Positions 26,818 through 39,816 of a stretch of 64,000 nucleotides of DNA are shown in pieces. Every line of letters starts with the position of its first letter. Positions within the stretch are counted from its first letter, which is position 1. Source of the stretch: Octopus vulgaris (Eukaryota). The position numbers were made by a program, and so were the translations under genes. The stretch spans positions 34,968,001 to 35,032,000 of the forward strand of contig OX597821.1 in NCBI GenBank assembly GCA_951406725.2. The letters are read 5' to 3'. The notes beneath the pieces are model-generated. The model searched no databases. It was not told the DNA's origin and saw only the letters and a program-made list of their open reading frames with translations.

Positions 26818-27487
26818 TAAGTCTTAGAATTTTTTTTGTTTTTGTGATTATTGATCTTTTCTCACTTCTCATTATGTCCTGACAAGCTATCTCACCCAAT
26901 ACTAGGATTAAATATACATATATATATGTTCATTATTATTTAATAAATTTTTACTGAATCATAATAAATTGTCCATTATCGGATTATGTCGTTTCAATTT
27001 CAACCGCTTAAAGGTTTTTTGAGAAAAGTGTTTAATCTGCACATTGTTTCGAGAATTTCGCAAAGTGATTTATATACACAGAAAAACAAGAAGTATTGTT
27101 TATTTAATATTTAAAATAAGAGATAGTTTTACATCATTATTAAAATCCAGTAACTTGATATGTGTATATTAGACAGATTTAATTTGTTTGTGCTTTCAAG
27201 ACACGTTACATATGTAAATATACGTGTGCGTATCGTGTGTGTGTGTACTCGGTGGAATGCTATTAATCACATGTGACATGATTGAATTTCCAGGATCAAT
27301 TAAATAGAGTCTAGAACAGGCAGAAACCATTCTGACTTTGATTAAGCGTCGTACCACTCTAATGACTGTGCGCGTGCATAATGTTGCATGTGTATGTATT
27401 TGGTGATTGAGATAATAAATAACAACTTTTATATTTCGTATGAGCGGGTGAAGTAGTAATAATGGATACATGCATACATACGTTCTA

Positions 27488-28048
27488 CCTCTTCCGGCCA
27501 TAGACACACTTTCTGTGCCCTATCAGTATTTGCAAAGGGAAGCCATCCTTCCCGTCTAGCCAGCTGGAGGAGGTGTTCTCCTAGGGCTACAAACTACAGT
27601 AGCATCCACCCTTAGGGGTTAGCCATATTTAAATGGCAAATATACGTCACGATGTGTTGCAGCTACTGTTTATAACTCGCTCTAAGATTTATTATTGCTT
27701 GTTTACACTTTTTCGATATCAGTGTCTGTACGATACTGGAAAAAGGATATATATTTGTGAAGGGATCCTACTTTTCATCGACAACTGTGATTGGCACACG
27801 CCGATGACGGGTCAATATCCAGAAACTCGAGTCCGTGTGTATCATAAATTGAAGACGGGAAGGATGGCTTCCCTTTGCAAATACTGATAGGGCACAGAAA
27901 GTGTGTCTATAGCCAGCTGGAGGAGGTGTCCTCCTGGGGCTACAAACTACAGTAGCATCCACCCTTAGGGGTTAGCCATATTTAAATGGCAAATATACGT
28001 CACGATGTGTTGCAGCTACTGTTTATAACTCGCTCTAAGATTTATTAT
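27488..28048 (+). mobile_element. retrozyme-like element: 353-nt monomer x1.4 with 5' inverted segment
   Basis: Direct repeat 27557-27695 = 27910-28048; 27500-27557 is the reverse complement of 27853-27910; internal hammerhead. Confidence 0.8.
27795..27839 (+). ncRNA. type I hammerhead ribozyme, CCGAUGA core variant
   Basis: cacacg-CCGATGA-cgggtcaatatcca-GAAAC-TCGA-GTC-cgtgtg; 6-bp stem I, palindromic stem III ACTCGAGT. Confidence 0.75.
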
Positions 28049-28603
28049 AACAAAAAGAATAAAAAAAGAGAAAAGAACAAAAAATGTGTATTAATTCTAT
28101 GCTAGGGAAAAATGGAAGAAATCTTTGCAATTTCAAGCCTACACTTTTCTACAGTAGATATGACGAGAGAAATCAGATGGAGAGAGAAAACAAAAATCGA
28201 GAGAGAAAAAAATGTGTCTGAATTAACGGTGCTACATGTTCAGCTGACCGGAAGGAAGTTGCCGGCGGCGTGGGTACCAAAGGAGACAACACTAATTTGA
28301 CTAAAGTGTGTTTGCACAACCTTGAGCGTGTGTGTGTAGGGACAAAATGTTTGTGTGTGTTTGTGTGAGGCCACGTGTGCGCGTGTACTGCGTGTATTTA
28401 TGTATGTGTGTGTGTGAACTGTGTGTTAATGTATGCAGGCGCGTCTGTGTAGCAGTTAACTTGTGTGTGTATACTGTGTGCGAATTGCGTGTTATACACA
28501 CACTCACGCACACAGACACATATATACACACACACACAGACACATATATATACACACACACACACAGACACATACACACACACACGCACGCACACAGACA
28601 CAT

Positions 28604-28677
<74 letters not shown>

Positions 28678-29016
28678 GTAGCTTTGACTTTTGACTTTAG
28701 GAGTCCCTTAGAGCTTGAGGCATTAACGTGTAGTAATAGCCCTTAATATAAATGAATGTATTTTATTTAAAGGGAATAATTATATATTTCGTATAAATTT
28801 TTCCCTCAACTGATTCTTCACGCTGGCTACTTGATTAATTCTTATAAATGGCGGTGCCCCAGCATGGCCACAGCTCGTGAGCTGAAACTAGATAAAATAA
28901 AAAAATAAAATAAAAAAATAAAAATATAGATTTTATCCTTTTATTTAACAGAAGACTTGAGCTTCTATACTTTCTAGAAATGATTTTGTCTGTCTGTCTA
29001 TCTATCTATCTATGTG

Positions 29017-29052
<36 letters not shown>

Positions 29053-29053
<1 letters not shown>

Positions 29054-29218
29054 GGCTTCCAAATAATTTCCATCAACCAAATCCACTTACAAGGTCTGCC
29101 CGGGGCTATAGTAGAATACACTTGCCTCTGGTACTGCGTGGTGGGACTGAACCTGAAACCATGTGATTGCGAAGCGAACTACCTACCTAACGACATGAAT
29201 ACAATGTCATGCCTGCGC
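29053..29218 (-). mobile_element. SINE family B 5' part, diverged
   Basis: ccaaatccacttacaagg..ggctatagtagaa..gggactgaacc. Confidence 0.7.
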
Positions 29219-29698
29219 TTATATCCATCCATGCCTGCGATTCAACGCGAAGGAAAAAGTAAAACAAAACAAAACAAAACAAAACAAAATATACAAAAAT
29301 AAAAAAAAAAAAGGATGTTATTTTAACAATTGCCTTCACAGTAGGATTTCGTCGCAATCAACTCTTTGACGGTCACAGGAACTGACGCAGAATTAAATAT
29401 GCCGTACCATGAACTTAATTCCAACTGTACGCGAGGTTTGACAGCGACCTAGGGTGAATAAGTTTAGTGCCATATTTTCTAATTACTCCCCTCTGATACA
29501 CATCTGGTCTCTTGTCTTCAGTCATACGCAAAACACACGTAGACATACATGCTAATTTATTCCAAGACGCATTTACCATTCAATGCTAAATAGACATGCA
29601 AGCATATCGCTACATACCCGGATCTGAGCTTGGACTGTGAAGATAGGATAGGCTGCGTCTGTGTGACCATGTGAGCAGTGTGGTGGTGGTGGTGGTTT

Positions 29699-29953
29699 GT
29701 GTGTGTGTGTGTGTATATGTGTCTGTGTGTGTATGTGTGTATATGTGTGTGTGTGTGTGTGTATATATGCGTCTGTGTGTGTGTGTGTGTATATATGTGT
29801 CAGTGTGTGTGTGTGTATATATGCGTCTGTGTGTGTGTGTATATATGTGTCAGTGTGTGTGTGTATGTGTGTGTGTGTATATATGCGTCTGTGTGTGTGT
29901 GTGTATATATGTGTCTGTGTGCGTGAGTGTGTGTGTGTGTGTGTATATGTGTC

Positions 29954-29984
<31 letters not shown>

Positions 29985-30011
29985 ATATATGCGTCTGTGT
30001 GTGTGTGTGTG

Positions 30012-30057
<46 letters not shown>

Positions 30058-30096
30058 CGTCTGTGTGTGTGTGTGTATATATATGTGTCTGTGTGC

Positions 30097-30135
<39 letters not shown>

Positions 30136-30140
30136 AGCGA
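29699..30140. repeat. compound (GT)n minisatellite with atatatgcgtct / atatgtgtct interruptions
   Basis: Direct reading; related inverted tract at about 28494-28640. Confidence 0.9.
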
Positions 30141-30179
30141 GAGAGAGAGTATGCGTCAAATAGACTTTCTGTTATCGCT

Positions 30180-30385
30180 TTTATTTTTTTATTTGTTTCA
30201 AACATTAGACTGCGGCCATGTTGGGGGAACCGCTTTGAAACACTTTTAGTCGAATGAATCGTCTCCAGTACTCTGTTGCTAAAGCCTGGTACTTATTCTA
30301 TCGGTCTGTTTTGCCGAACCGCTAGCTCACAGGAACGAAAACATACCAACACCAGTTGACAAGTGGTGGAAGGGGAGGGCAAATA
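30180..30385 (-). mobile_element. SINE family B 3' part
   Basis: gactgcggccatg..gtacttattctatcggtct..ttttgccgaaccgcta. Confidence 0.8.
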
Positions 30386-30407
30386 CACACACGCATACAC
30401 ACACATA

Positions 30408-30513
<106 letters not shown>

Positions 30514-30892
30514 AGAAGGTTTGGAGGTGATTATATATTAGAAAAAATAAGGTACTCAGAGATCTGGATGGTTGTACATTTACAGATTTTTATTAATACG
30601 TCACATGTTTTTATAAATCATACATTAGCGCTTGCATCTACTCTAGAAAATTCTAATCTTTCAGGTTGTGTTACACTAAATGGACGAAGAGAAACATTTA
30701 ATATGAAATCAAATCCCTATAGATTCAAGCCTTATAGATATACGAATAGACATTAGCGTGTACGTGCAACGACTGTCTCATAAATCTTTCATAAAATTGT
30801 CTCGCGGATGCGTAAATGGAGATTTATATAAAATGGAAATCTAAACACGTTTCTCGAAGAACACAGATGTGTGTGACTATATATTTTATAGT

Positions 30893-31275
30893 GTGTGGTA
30901 AGTAGCTTGTTTACCAACCACATGGTTCCGGGTTCATTCCCACTGCGTGGCACCTTGGGCAAGTGTCTTCTACTATAGTCTCGGGCCGACCAATGCCTTG
31001 TGAGTGGATTTGGTAGACGGAAACTGAAAGAAGCCCGTCGTATATATGTATATGTATGTATGCGTGTCTATGTTTGTGTGTCTGTGTTTGTCCCCCTAGC
31101 ATTGCTTGACAGCCGATGCTGGTGTGTTTATGTCGCCGTCACTTAGCGGTTCGGCAAAAGAGACCGATAGAATAAGTACTGGGCTTACAAAAGAATAAGT
31201 CCCGGGGTCGAGTTGCTCGATTAAAGGCGGTGCTCCAGCATGGCCGCAGTCAAATGACTGAAACAAATAATAGAG

Positions 31276-31277
<2 letters not shown>
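30893..31277 (+). mobile_element. SINE family B
   Basis: Near-identical to 19076-19481. Confidence 0.9.
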
Positions 31278-31324
<47 letters not shown>

Positions 31325-31473
31325 CAGAAACGCGCGCACCCACACCCAGACACCTGTATACACTAAGGACTCCTTTGTAGTTTTCGTCATCTAAATTCAC
31401 TCACAAGACATTGATGAGTTCGAGGCTTTAGTAAGAATCCAAAGTGCCGCGGAGTAGGACTGAAACAAACCAT

Positions 31474-31534
<61 letters not shown>

Positions 31535-31631
31535 TTGTGTGTGAGTATGATTCTTTTAATCCAAAGACTACAAGAACCAGACAAAACTCGATAGAATGTA
31601 GGATATATCTCCCTGTGGGGAACACACACAC

Positions 31632-31666
<35 letters not shown>

Positions 31667-32583
31667 GCTTCGAAACGTTGATATCGCTGCAGGGTTTGCA
31701 TTCAAAGTAAAAAGAAAATACTCTCTTACTTACTTTCCCAGTGACTCTCCTTCCCACCCACCACGCACTCAATTAGACTCACATTTATTTATGCAGTGTC
31801 ATAAGCAATATCTAACGTGTTCTTTTTTTTCCTTTTTTTTTTTTTTTAACACACGTTAATCTTCTATTATAGTCTTTATTTCAGGCTGAATAAATTACGA
31901 TAGAAAACGCTGGAGTCATAAATTTATCTCAAAATTTGTTCTCCTGCCAGTATAGCTTCAACTACTTTCATTGGTTTTTGAATTTGATTTATGTCTTCAT
32001 TGAAATTAAGCGAATTCTTTTGACAATTTTAATCATGTCTATTAAGTAATTAGATTTTCAGATTACTAATCACAATAAAGTGACCGCTCCTTTTTGCCAC
32101 CATTTATTTATTCCTTAATTAATGTCGAGTTCAACATCATCGCTCATGGTATTCCTTTGGGTTGCTTCAGCGGAGTCAACTTTCTTGCAAATATTATGGA
32201 CAAGTCCTTAGTCTAAAGACAGTTGACGTGCTAGGGCGGCGAGCTTGCAGAATTGATAGCTCGTTGAACAAGATGCTTAGCGACATTTTGTAGAAGGTGA
32301 CAGACAACACACGATTCGCAGACTTTTCAGCTAGTTTGAAAAACTACCAGCCAGGTAGTTCATATGCTTGCTATACTTCAAACGTTTAAAGCGGTAATAA
32401 ATCGTTAATATAAGATCACAGATAGCCTGATATTGACAGATCAAATGTCAGCTATTATTTGATGATCGTATATAACATCAAATCAAATAATGGCAGATAT
32501 CACATGATAACATCGTCGATATTATGTTATTAAACCATAGGTATTGTTGTATCGAATGAGAGCAACGACTTGATCAGATGAGA

Positions 32584-32804
32584 TACTGGGGGATGCTGAA
32601 GAGTTTCTGGCTTTGGGTAAAGGAAAATAGAGGAGGAACAGTTAAATATGATTTTATTCAACGCATTCCCTTCTCAGATTTATACACTTATTGCAGCGAC
32701 ACTTCAGTTTTTCTAAACCCTGTAAAAGAACTCGGATGATTTGACCTCCAGCTAGGTCTTTCGTGATACTCCTAAATGCAAGAACTATTCAACACCCCTT
32801 CGTA
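32584..32804. mobile_element. non-autonomous mariner-like element
   Basis: TA-flanked TIRs gggggatgctgaagagtttctggc / gcaagaactattcaacaccccttcgta; inverted relative of 10887-11547. Confidence 0.7.
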
Positions 32805-32910
32805 TATAATCATCTGATCAAATGTGAGGTATCATCAGATCAGATTGTACAGATCAACAAATCAAATAGCAGCTGAATCATCAGATGAAATGACAGCAAT
32901 CGTTTGATAT

Positions 32911-33141
32911 GGCGGCGAGCTGGCAGAATCGTTAGCACGCTGGGCGAAATCCGTAGCCGTATTTCGTCTGCCGTTACGTTCTGAGTTCAAATTCCGCCGA
33001 GGTTGACTTTGCCTTTCATCCTTTCAGGATCGATTAAATAAGTACCAGTTACGCACTGGGGTCAATATAATCGACTTAATCCGTTTGTCTGTCCTTGTTT
33101 GTCCTCTCTGTGTTTAGCCCCTTGTGGGTAGTAAAGGAATA
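32911..33141 (+). mobile_element. SINE family A with 15-bp TSD
   Basis: TSD agcaatcgtttgata at 32895-32909 and 33142-33156. Confidence 0.92.
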
Positions 33142-35335
33142 AGCAATCGTTTGATAACATCTTAGACGTCATGTTGTCAAATCTCCTTAGATATCATAGA
33201 TGTAGATCAAGATATTATCTTGATCTAAGATCGAAGATATCAAATGGTTGATGTAAATCAAATGGTAAATATTAAATCCCAAATACTTTCAGACCACAGA
33301 TAGCAAATTACAAATGTCATCAAATCGAGGATGATGTCAAATAACTGATGACACTAGATCAAAAACAACCAAAGAGCTACACGTACAGTGCTAACTTACG
33401 TAATATATAAATAGCTTTAAACAAACATCTAACTTGAGCCAATTGCCCACGTGATATAACAATATCCTATTTCTTATCTGAAAGTCGAAGTCAGCTGAGT
33501 TGATAGGGAGCCAGCCTACCTATTAAAGAGTCGGCTATGATCGTCTAAGATCATAGCATGACCTTAGCCGGTAATAGTCTTAAGTCCTGCATGCACGAAC
33601 TCTATAGATATGTACAAGAAATAGGTGCAGTTCACCTCTGTAAGCAACGAGAATACTTTAAACTTATTCAGTGTTTCATTAATTTACGTTGCAGTGAATA
33701 ATTCAAATCCTATTATGGATATAGTTTGAAAATATACTCCGACTTCGTATGATTGCTTTCACTGATAGCCTAGAAATCCAGGAGTTCTGGGAATTCGACT
33801 TTGATCTATAACTAGTACCATTGTATAAAACAGTTACATGTCTTCTGTACACATTGACATTCAATTAGCAAATCTATTTAACTCTTAGTTGATACTGCAC
33901 CTCTAACGATTGCCACATTCTGTCATATATCATCGACCAATTAAAAATCCAGTATAACTTAAGTTATTCCAAAAGGTTTCGTTAAAGTTTACCCTAACCG
34001 TCATAATGTTGTTGATATTATTCCGTAAAAGTCAATAGTGGCAAATAGTGATTGGTATTTGTTTTTGCGCTATATCACGTGATATTTTGTTATCTCAGTG
34101 TTTGACCCAGTAGGCTTCTACAGTATTTGATTACTGTTACATTATTTCACAAACCCCACCCTTTTTTTTACTGTAATTTAATCAAATGATGATAATTATA
34201 GATAACATTTTTTATTTGTATATCAGTAGTACATCCATAATAATGTTAGCTTTTTGTCTTATCTCTTTTAATCAGACACTAGCATTTACTGCTCTGTCCT
34301 TATCGCTTTATAATAGATTCTGTATTCTTTCTTCGAACTTGAGATGCTTATACTTAGCCGATGACAACTGTCGTGGAAATGAATACCAAGCCAATAGTTT
34401 CCAAAAGGGATATTAAACTATACTCTAAGATCTCCGTGTTCTACATACCAGAGAGTGCAATTCTTCTTTGAGTATGTGAACTGTGGTGTCTACAAGATAA
34501 GACGTTCTGTCGCTTGATGTCGGTATTTAAAACCCAGCATATAAGAGCCAACTTAGAAGGCTCGGTATATTTGCTCGGGCTACGAGAAATAGATATCGAA
34601 CTGCTTTAAACCACATCCTGATACCGTAAAAATGTGGAAAGATGCTTGCGGTTATTTTGTCTTAGATACATTATTCCTGGGGTCAAGAATGGAAGGCCTT
34701 TATTTAGAAGTTTGCTGAATTTCAGCTGACCTGCGGCTAAAGAACAAGTACTTATACACAAGCACAACAGCTACTTGTAAAAGGCAATGATTGCAGCTTG
34801 TATGTAATTGCTCAAACTGTTATAAACAGAACACAAACTTCCCTTTTCAAAGTCTACCATTATAAAAAGGGAAGGACGTGTTGAATGACGCATTTCTATC
34901 TATATGGGACGTGAATAAGATATATGGAATTAAAATGGCTGGGATGGCTTTGATCTTAGGTTTGCCGAATCTGAGTTGACCTGGAGCCAAACAACCACAG
35001 CCACAACAAGAACAACAACGGTCCAACACTTCCGCTAGTTTCACCAGCTTATTTTTTTTATTTGACTCATTCGTAGTTTAGCGACGCTGTATTGCCAAAT
35101 AGCTATAGTCAGAGCCGCCGGGCACAGGGCAGATTTTTAGAATTATTTCTTGCACAAACGCAGGCGCGCCTATGTGGTTAGAAGTTTGCTTCTCAAACAC
35201 TCGATTCCCGGTTCAGTCCCACTCCCAGTCTCATTGGCCAGATCTCTTCTACTATAGCCTCGGGCTGGCCAAAGCTTTGTGAACGGATTTGGCAGACGGA
35301 AATTGAAAGAATCCATCGTATATATATATATATGT

Positions 35336-35522
35336 ATTGGCAATTTTTTTCCTCTGTCTTCCCTTCTCTGGATCTTTTCTTCTCTTATGTTTCCGACGAA
35401 GAGCTCTGCTCGAAACGTTAAACCCTCCTTTTTTCCTTCTTTCCTGAGCGTCCAATAATACTATATTTGTTCCACGTCCTCGCGTTGTTGTGTTTTTTGT
35501 GCTTTCTTGTTTGGATTAACTT
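35336..35522 (+). mobile_element. short hammerhead-bearing element (CCGACGA family) in (TA)n
   Basis: Second copy at 58137-58290. Confidence 0.75.
35389..35423 (+). ncRNA. minimal hammerhead-like motif, CCGACGA core
   Basis: gttt-CCGACGA-a-GAGC-tct-GCTC-GAAAC-GTT-aaac. Confidence 0.65.
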
Positions 35523-36361
35523 TATATATATATATATATATATATCTTAGCATGTGTGTATGTATGTGTGTGTGTTTGCCTTTGTGCCTGTGTTTGTCTC
35601 CCACCACCACTTGACATAGCAGTTCGGCAAAAGAGACCGGTAGAATAAATGCTAAGCTTAAAACAAGAATAACTACTGAGGACGATTCGTTCCGCTAAAA
35701 TTCTTCAAGACGGTGCCCCAGCATAGCCGTGGTCTAATGACCGAAAGTAGTAAAAGATAAAGGTGTATCTAGAACCATTATAACTGAAAAGCAGAGTATT
35801 GAACACTGACAGGGGAACATTCGCAACGCAGCGTGATTTGAAATGTTCCACCCACATGCATTCAATTCGTCTAACATGTAGTATACTTCTCACCTCCCAT
35901 TATAACATGCATTTACTATTTAACCAGCGTTAGATTAACCATTTTTCGAAAAATAAGCAGGTGCTTAGGCCCTCATGGGAATTGGGGCATCGCAGAAATG
36001 GTAAATTGTTTGTGGCACACGAAGAAACTTGCTGAGATGACATTCGAAGTGATTTATATGATTGGAAATATAATTTTGAAGTGTTCACAGTGTCATAGTG
36101 AGGATCTGATCAAAGACTTTGCAATTAAAAAAAAAAATAGGAGAAAACTTTTCAAATATAAATAAAATGGAAGTATACAAAAAACAAAAACAAAAGGCAA
36201 ACAACAAAGAACAAAAACTAAACAAAACCTTATTGTCTATCTTACTGTTTTGTTTCAGTTTGAAAAATGAAAAAAATTTTTATGGTTTATTATTGTTTAT
36301 ATTTTGAAGTACATATACATGGGGGCACCAAAATCTTTTTAAGTCCTTAGGACCTCTATAT

Positions 36362-36673
36362 CCCAGTAATCACCGTCACCGACCAGGCTATCAGATGTTG
36401 CTACACGTCGCTGGTCACAATGCGTTTCACATTGTTTTAGCCTTCAAATGACGCCGCCCCGCTCGCTAAGCGAGATGGCCAACAGAAGAAAGAGTGAGAG
36501 AAAGTTGGAGCAAAAGAGTGCAGCAGGGATCGCCACCACCCCCCTGCCGGAGCCTCGTGGTGTTTATAGGTGTTTTCGCTCGATAAACACTCACAACGAC
36601 CAGTCTGGGAATAGAAACCGCGATCCTCTGACCGCGAATCCGCTGCCCGAACTACTGGGCCATTGCGACTCCA
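36362..36673 (-). mobile_element. SINE family C with 13-bp TSD
   Basis: tRNA-like head at about 36600-36673; TSD aggacctctatat at 36349-36361 and 36675-36687. Confidence 0.88.
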
Positions 36674-37145
36674 CAGGACCTCTATATAACATACAGTATT
36701 CTTCTGAAAAACCATGCCATGGAATACATGCAAAATAATAGAGGTTCTTAACTTTTAGAAACAAGTATTGATGCAAGTAATGTACAATCATGCACCAAGA
36801 TCACACAGATCTACATGTGCAGTTTAATCTCGCACCAAGAACTTATTGGCTTAGTGTTAATTTCCAAGACAGCTGTCATCGGTGAACAGTAAGCGTGCTA
36901 AACTAGCCGTTCGTACAAAGAATGCAAATTCTATTATAAAACGATAAGTACAGAACAGTAATTGTTGGAGTCTGATATAAAAGTGATAAGACGAAATACA
37001 AACAATATCATGGATGTATACGACTGATATACAAAATAAACAGTCGTTATCTTCAATTACCATCATTTGATCAAACTACAGAAAAAGAGGTGGGTATGAG
37101 AAATAGTGCAACAATGATGAGGAACTACACACACGCGCGCGCGCG

Positions 37146-37679
37146 TGTATATATGCACGCACATATATATATATACATATATATATATATACATATATAT
37201 AACGATACATATATATATACACATATATATACACATATATATACATATATATATATACATGTATATATATATACACACACACATATATATACATTTATAC
37301 ATACACATATATACATATATATATACACATATATATATACATATATATATACACACATATATATATACATATATATATACACATATATATATGCATATAT
37401 ATATATACATATATATATATGCATATATATATACATATATATATATATGCATATATATATACATATATATATATATGCATATATATATACATATATATAT
37501 ATATGCATATATATATACATATATATATACATATATATGCATATATATATACATATATATATGCATATATATACATATATATATATATATACACATATAT
37601 ATATATGCATATATATATACATAAATATATGCATATATATACATAAATATATGCATATATATACATATATATACGCATT

Positions 37680-37727
<48 letters not shown>

Positions 37728-37740
37728 CACATATATATAT
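37146..37740. repeat. compound (AT)n/(AC)/(ATGC) low-complexity tract
   Basis: Direct reading. Confidence 0.95.
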
Positions 37741-38450
37741 CTAAGTATGTATAAAGCTACTAGATGAAACACTGAGATAATACCAAAACAAGTGATACTG
37801 TAAAAAGCAAAACAAATAAGCAAAAAAACTATCTTCATTTACTGCTGCTAACTTTTGCATAATAATAATATCACCAGTAATAAGACGGTTACAGTAAACT
37901 TTAACGAAACCTTTTGGAACAAGTAAGTTACATTGCCTCAAAATGTCAGACAACCAATCTTCCATTTTCTGACAAATAAGGCGCACATATAAAATGCATA
38001 CACACACACACACACACACAGACACACACGCACACATACACACACACACACGCACGCATATGTATCCATTATTGGAAAATAGTAAGGAAAACAGTAAACG
38101 AAAAGAAAACAAGTAATATGTATGTATGTGTGTATGTATGTGTGTATGTATGTGTGTGTGTATGTATGTATGCATATGTGTATATGTGTGTATGTATGTA
38201 TGTGTGCATGTATGTATGCGTGTATGTGTGTAAGTATATGTGTATGTATGTATGTGTGTATGTGTGTATGTATGTATGAGTGTATGTGTGTATGTGTGTA
38301 TGTATGTGTGTATGTATGTATGTATGTATGTATGCACGTATGTATGTGTGGATGTGTGTATGTGTGTATGCATGTGTGTATGTATGTATGTATGTGTGTA
38401 TGTATGTATGCGTGTATGTATGTATGCATGTATGTATGTGTGTGTGTGTA

Positions 38451-38481
<31 letters not shown>

Positions 38482-38794
38482 ATGTATGTATGTATGTATG
38501 TGTGTGTGTGTGTATATATGCATGAGTATATGTGTGTATGTGTGCATGTGTGTATGTGTGTATGTATGTATGTATGTGTGTATGTGTGTGTGTATGTATG
38601 TATGCATATGTGAATGTATATCCTGTTGCACATATAAGCGTTCACATAGACTCACATATAAAGGAACAACAGAAAGATTGAGATACAGGGTCTCACATTG
38701 AGACAGAGTGAAGCACTTTGTTTTTACACAAATTCGTACATAAATGAAAATAAATACATGGATATGCACGATATATAGCCACTGTTTATATACA

Positions 38795-38966
38795 GTTCTA
38801 TATTTAAGAGATGAGGAATTATGTACACTTGACGGATATTTGTTCTCATCCTGTTTGTTGTTAACACAACGTTTCGGCTGATATACCCTCCAGCCTTCAT
38901 CGGGTGTATTGGGGAAATTTGGAATCTGGGTTCTCATTCCTAAGGTATTTTTCGATGTTGTTGTTG

Positions 38967-39023
<57 letters not shown>

Positions 39024-39093
39024 TCACTGCCTGGAATCGAGCTCGGAATCTTGGGGTTAGTAGCCCGCACTCTTAACCACTACTCTATATGAC
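38795..39093 (-). mobile_element. tRNA-headed, (AAT)n-linked, hammerhead-tailed SINE-like element (left copy)
   Basis: Reverse complement of 39125-39400. Confidence 0.8.
38864..38907 (-). ncRNA. minimal type I hammerhead (CCGAUGA variant)
   Basis: acac-CCGATGA-a-GGCTG-gagggtatat-CAGCC-GAAAC-GTT-gtgt. Confidence 0.65.
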
Positions 39094-39124
39094 CGCTCTC
39101 TTAACCACTACGCCATATGCCCGT

Positions 39125-39209
39125 GGGCATATGGGGTAGTGGTTAAGAGCGCGGGCTCCTAACCCCAAGATTCCGAGTTCAATTCCAGGCAGTGACCTGA
39201 ATAATAATG

Positions 39210-39271
<62 letters not shown>

Positions 39272-39400
39272 CTCGAAAAATACCTCAGGAATGAGAATCC
39301 AGGTTCGAAATTTCCCCAAGACACCTGAAGACGGCTGGAGGGTACATCAGCCGAAACGTTGTGTAACAACAAACAAGATGAGAACAAATATCCGTAAATA
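39125..39400 (+). mobile_element. tRNA-headed, (AAT)n-linked, hammerhead-tailed SINE-like element (right copy)
   Basis: A-box tggggtagtgg, anticodon-like arm ggg-ctcctaa-ccc, B-box gagttcaattcc, (AAT)n, then hammerhead. Confidence 0.8.
39321..39364 (+). ncRNA. minimal type I hammerhead ribozyme
   Basis: acac-CTGAAGA-c-GGCTG-gagggtacat-CAGCC-GAAAC-GTT-gtgt; stem III reduced to the palindrome AACGTT. Confidence 0.75.
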
Positions 39401-39629
39401 ATATAAATAAATGGCCATATACTTGTACACATATATTCGTGCATATCAAAATATTTCTTTGCATTTATATACGAATTCGTGTAAAAATAATGTGAGACCC
39501 TGTATCCCAAGTTTTCTTTTGTTACTTCATATGTGATTCTATGTGAACGCTTATATGTGTAAGAGTATATACATACACATATGCATACATACATAATACA
39601 TACATAATACATGATAGATCGTTAGCTCC

Positions 39630-39816
39630 TACACGCATTGTTTTCTCTCCTTGTTTCTCTCCTTGCTTTTTTCTGTGTATCTTTCTGTCGAAGAGCGTAG
39701 GCTCGAAACGTAAAAGACTTTTTCTATTTCTATTCCTGGGCGCTATACTAATACATTTGTTTGTTTGTACTCCACCTGCCTTCGTCTTTTGTTTCTTTTC
39801 GTAAACTTTCCCGTTA
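39630..39816 (+). mobile_element. short hammerhead-like element (CUGUCGA family)
   Basis: Second copy at 41895-42070; absent from the left arm of the palindrome, so an insertion. Confidence 0.8.
39680..39717 (+). ncRNA. minimal hammerhead-like motif, CUGUCGA core
   Basis: tcttt-CTGTCGA-a-GAGC-gtag-GCTC-GAAAC-GTA-aaaga. Confidence 0.6.

Larger units (their letters stand above)
35159..35762 (+). mobile_element. SINE family B interrupted at its internal (TA)n
   Basis: 5' half 35159-35320 and 3' half about 35570-35762. Confidence 0.8.

Noticed and set aside
28250-28280. CCGGAAG ETS-like motif in a small GC patch as a promoter
   Set aside because: Single short motif with no downstream exon or ORF support
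37063-38970. Long ORFs up to 409 aa ([12 protein letters not shown]), and similar ones throughout the track
   Set aside because: Stop-free microsatellite frames with no protein-like composition
39125-39198. tRNA gene (also SINE heads at 12492, 14575, 36673, 60104)
   Set aside because: Poor acceptor-stem pairing, anticodon differs between copies, and each continues into a repeat body; SINE heads rather than functional tRNAs
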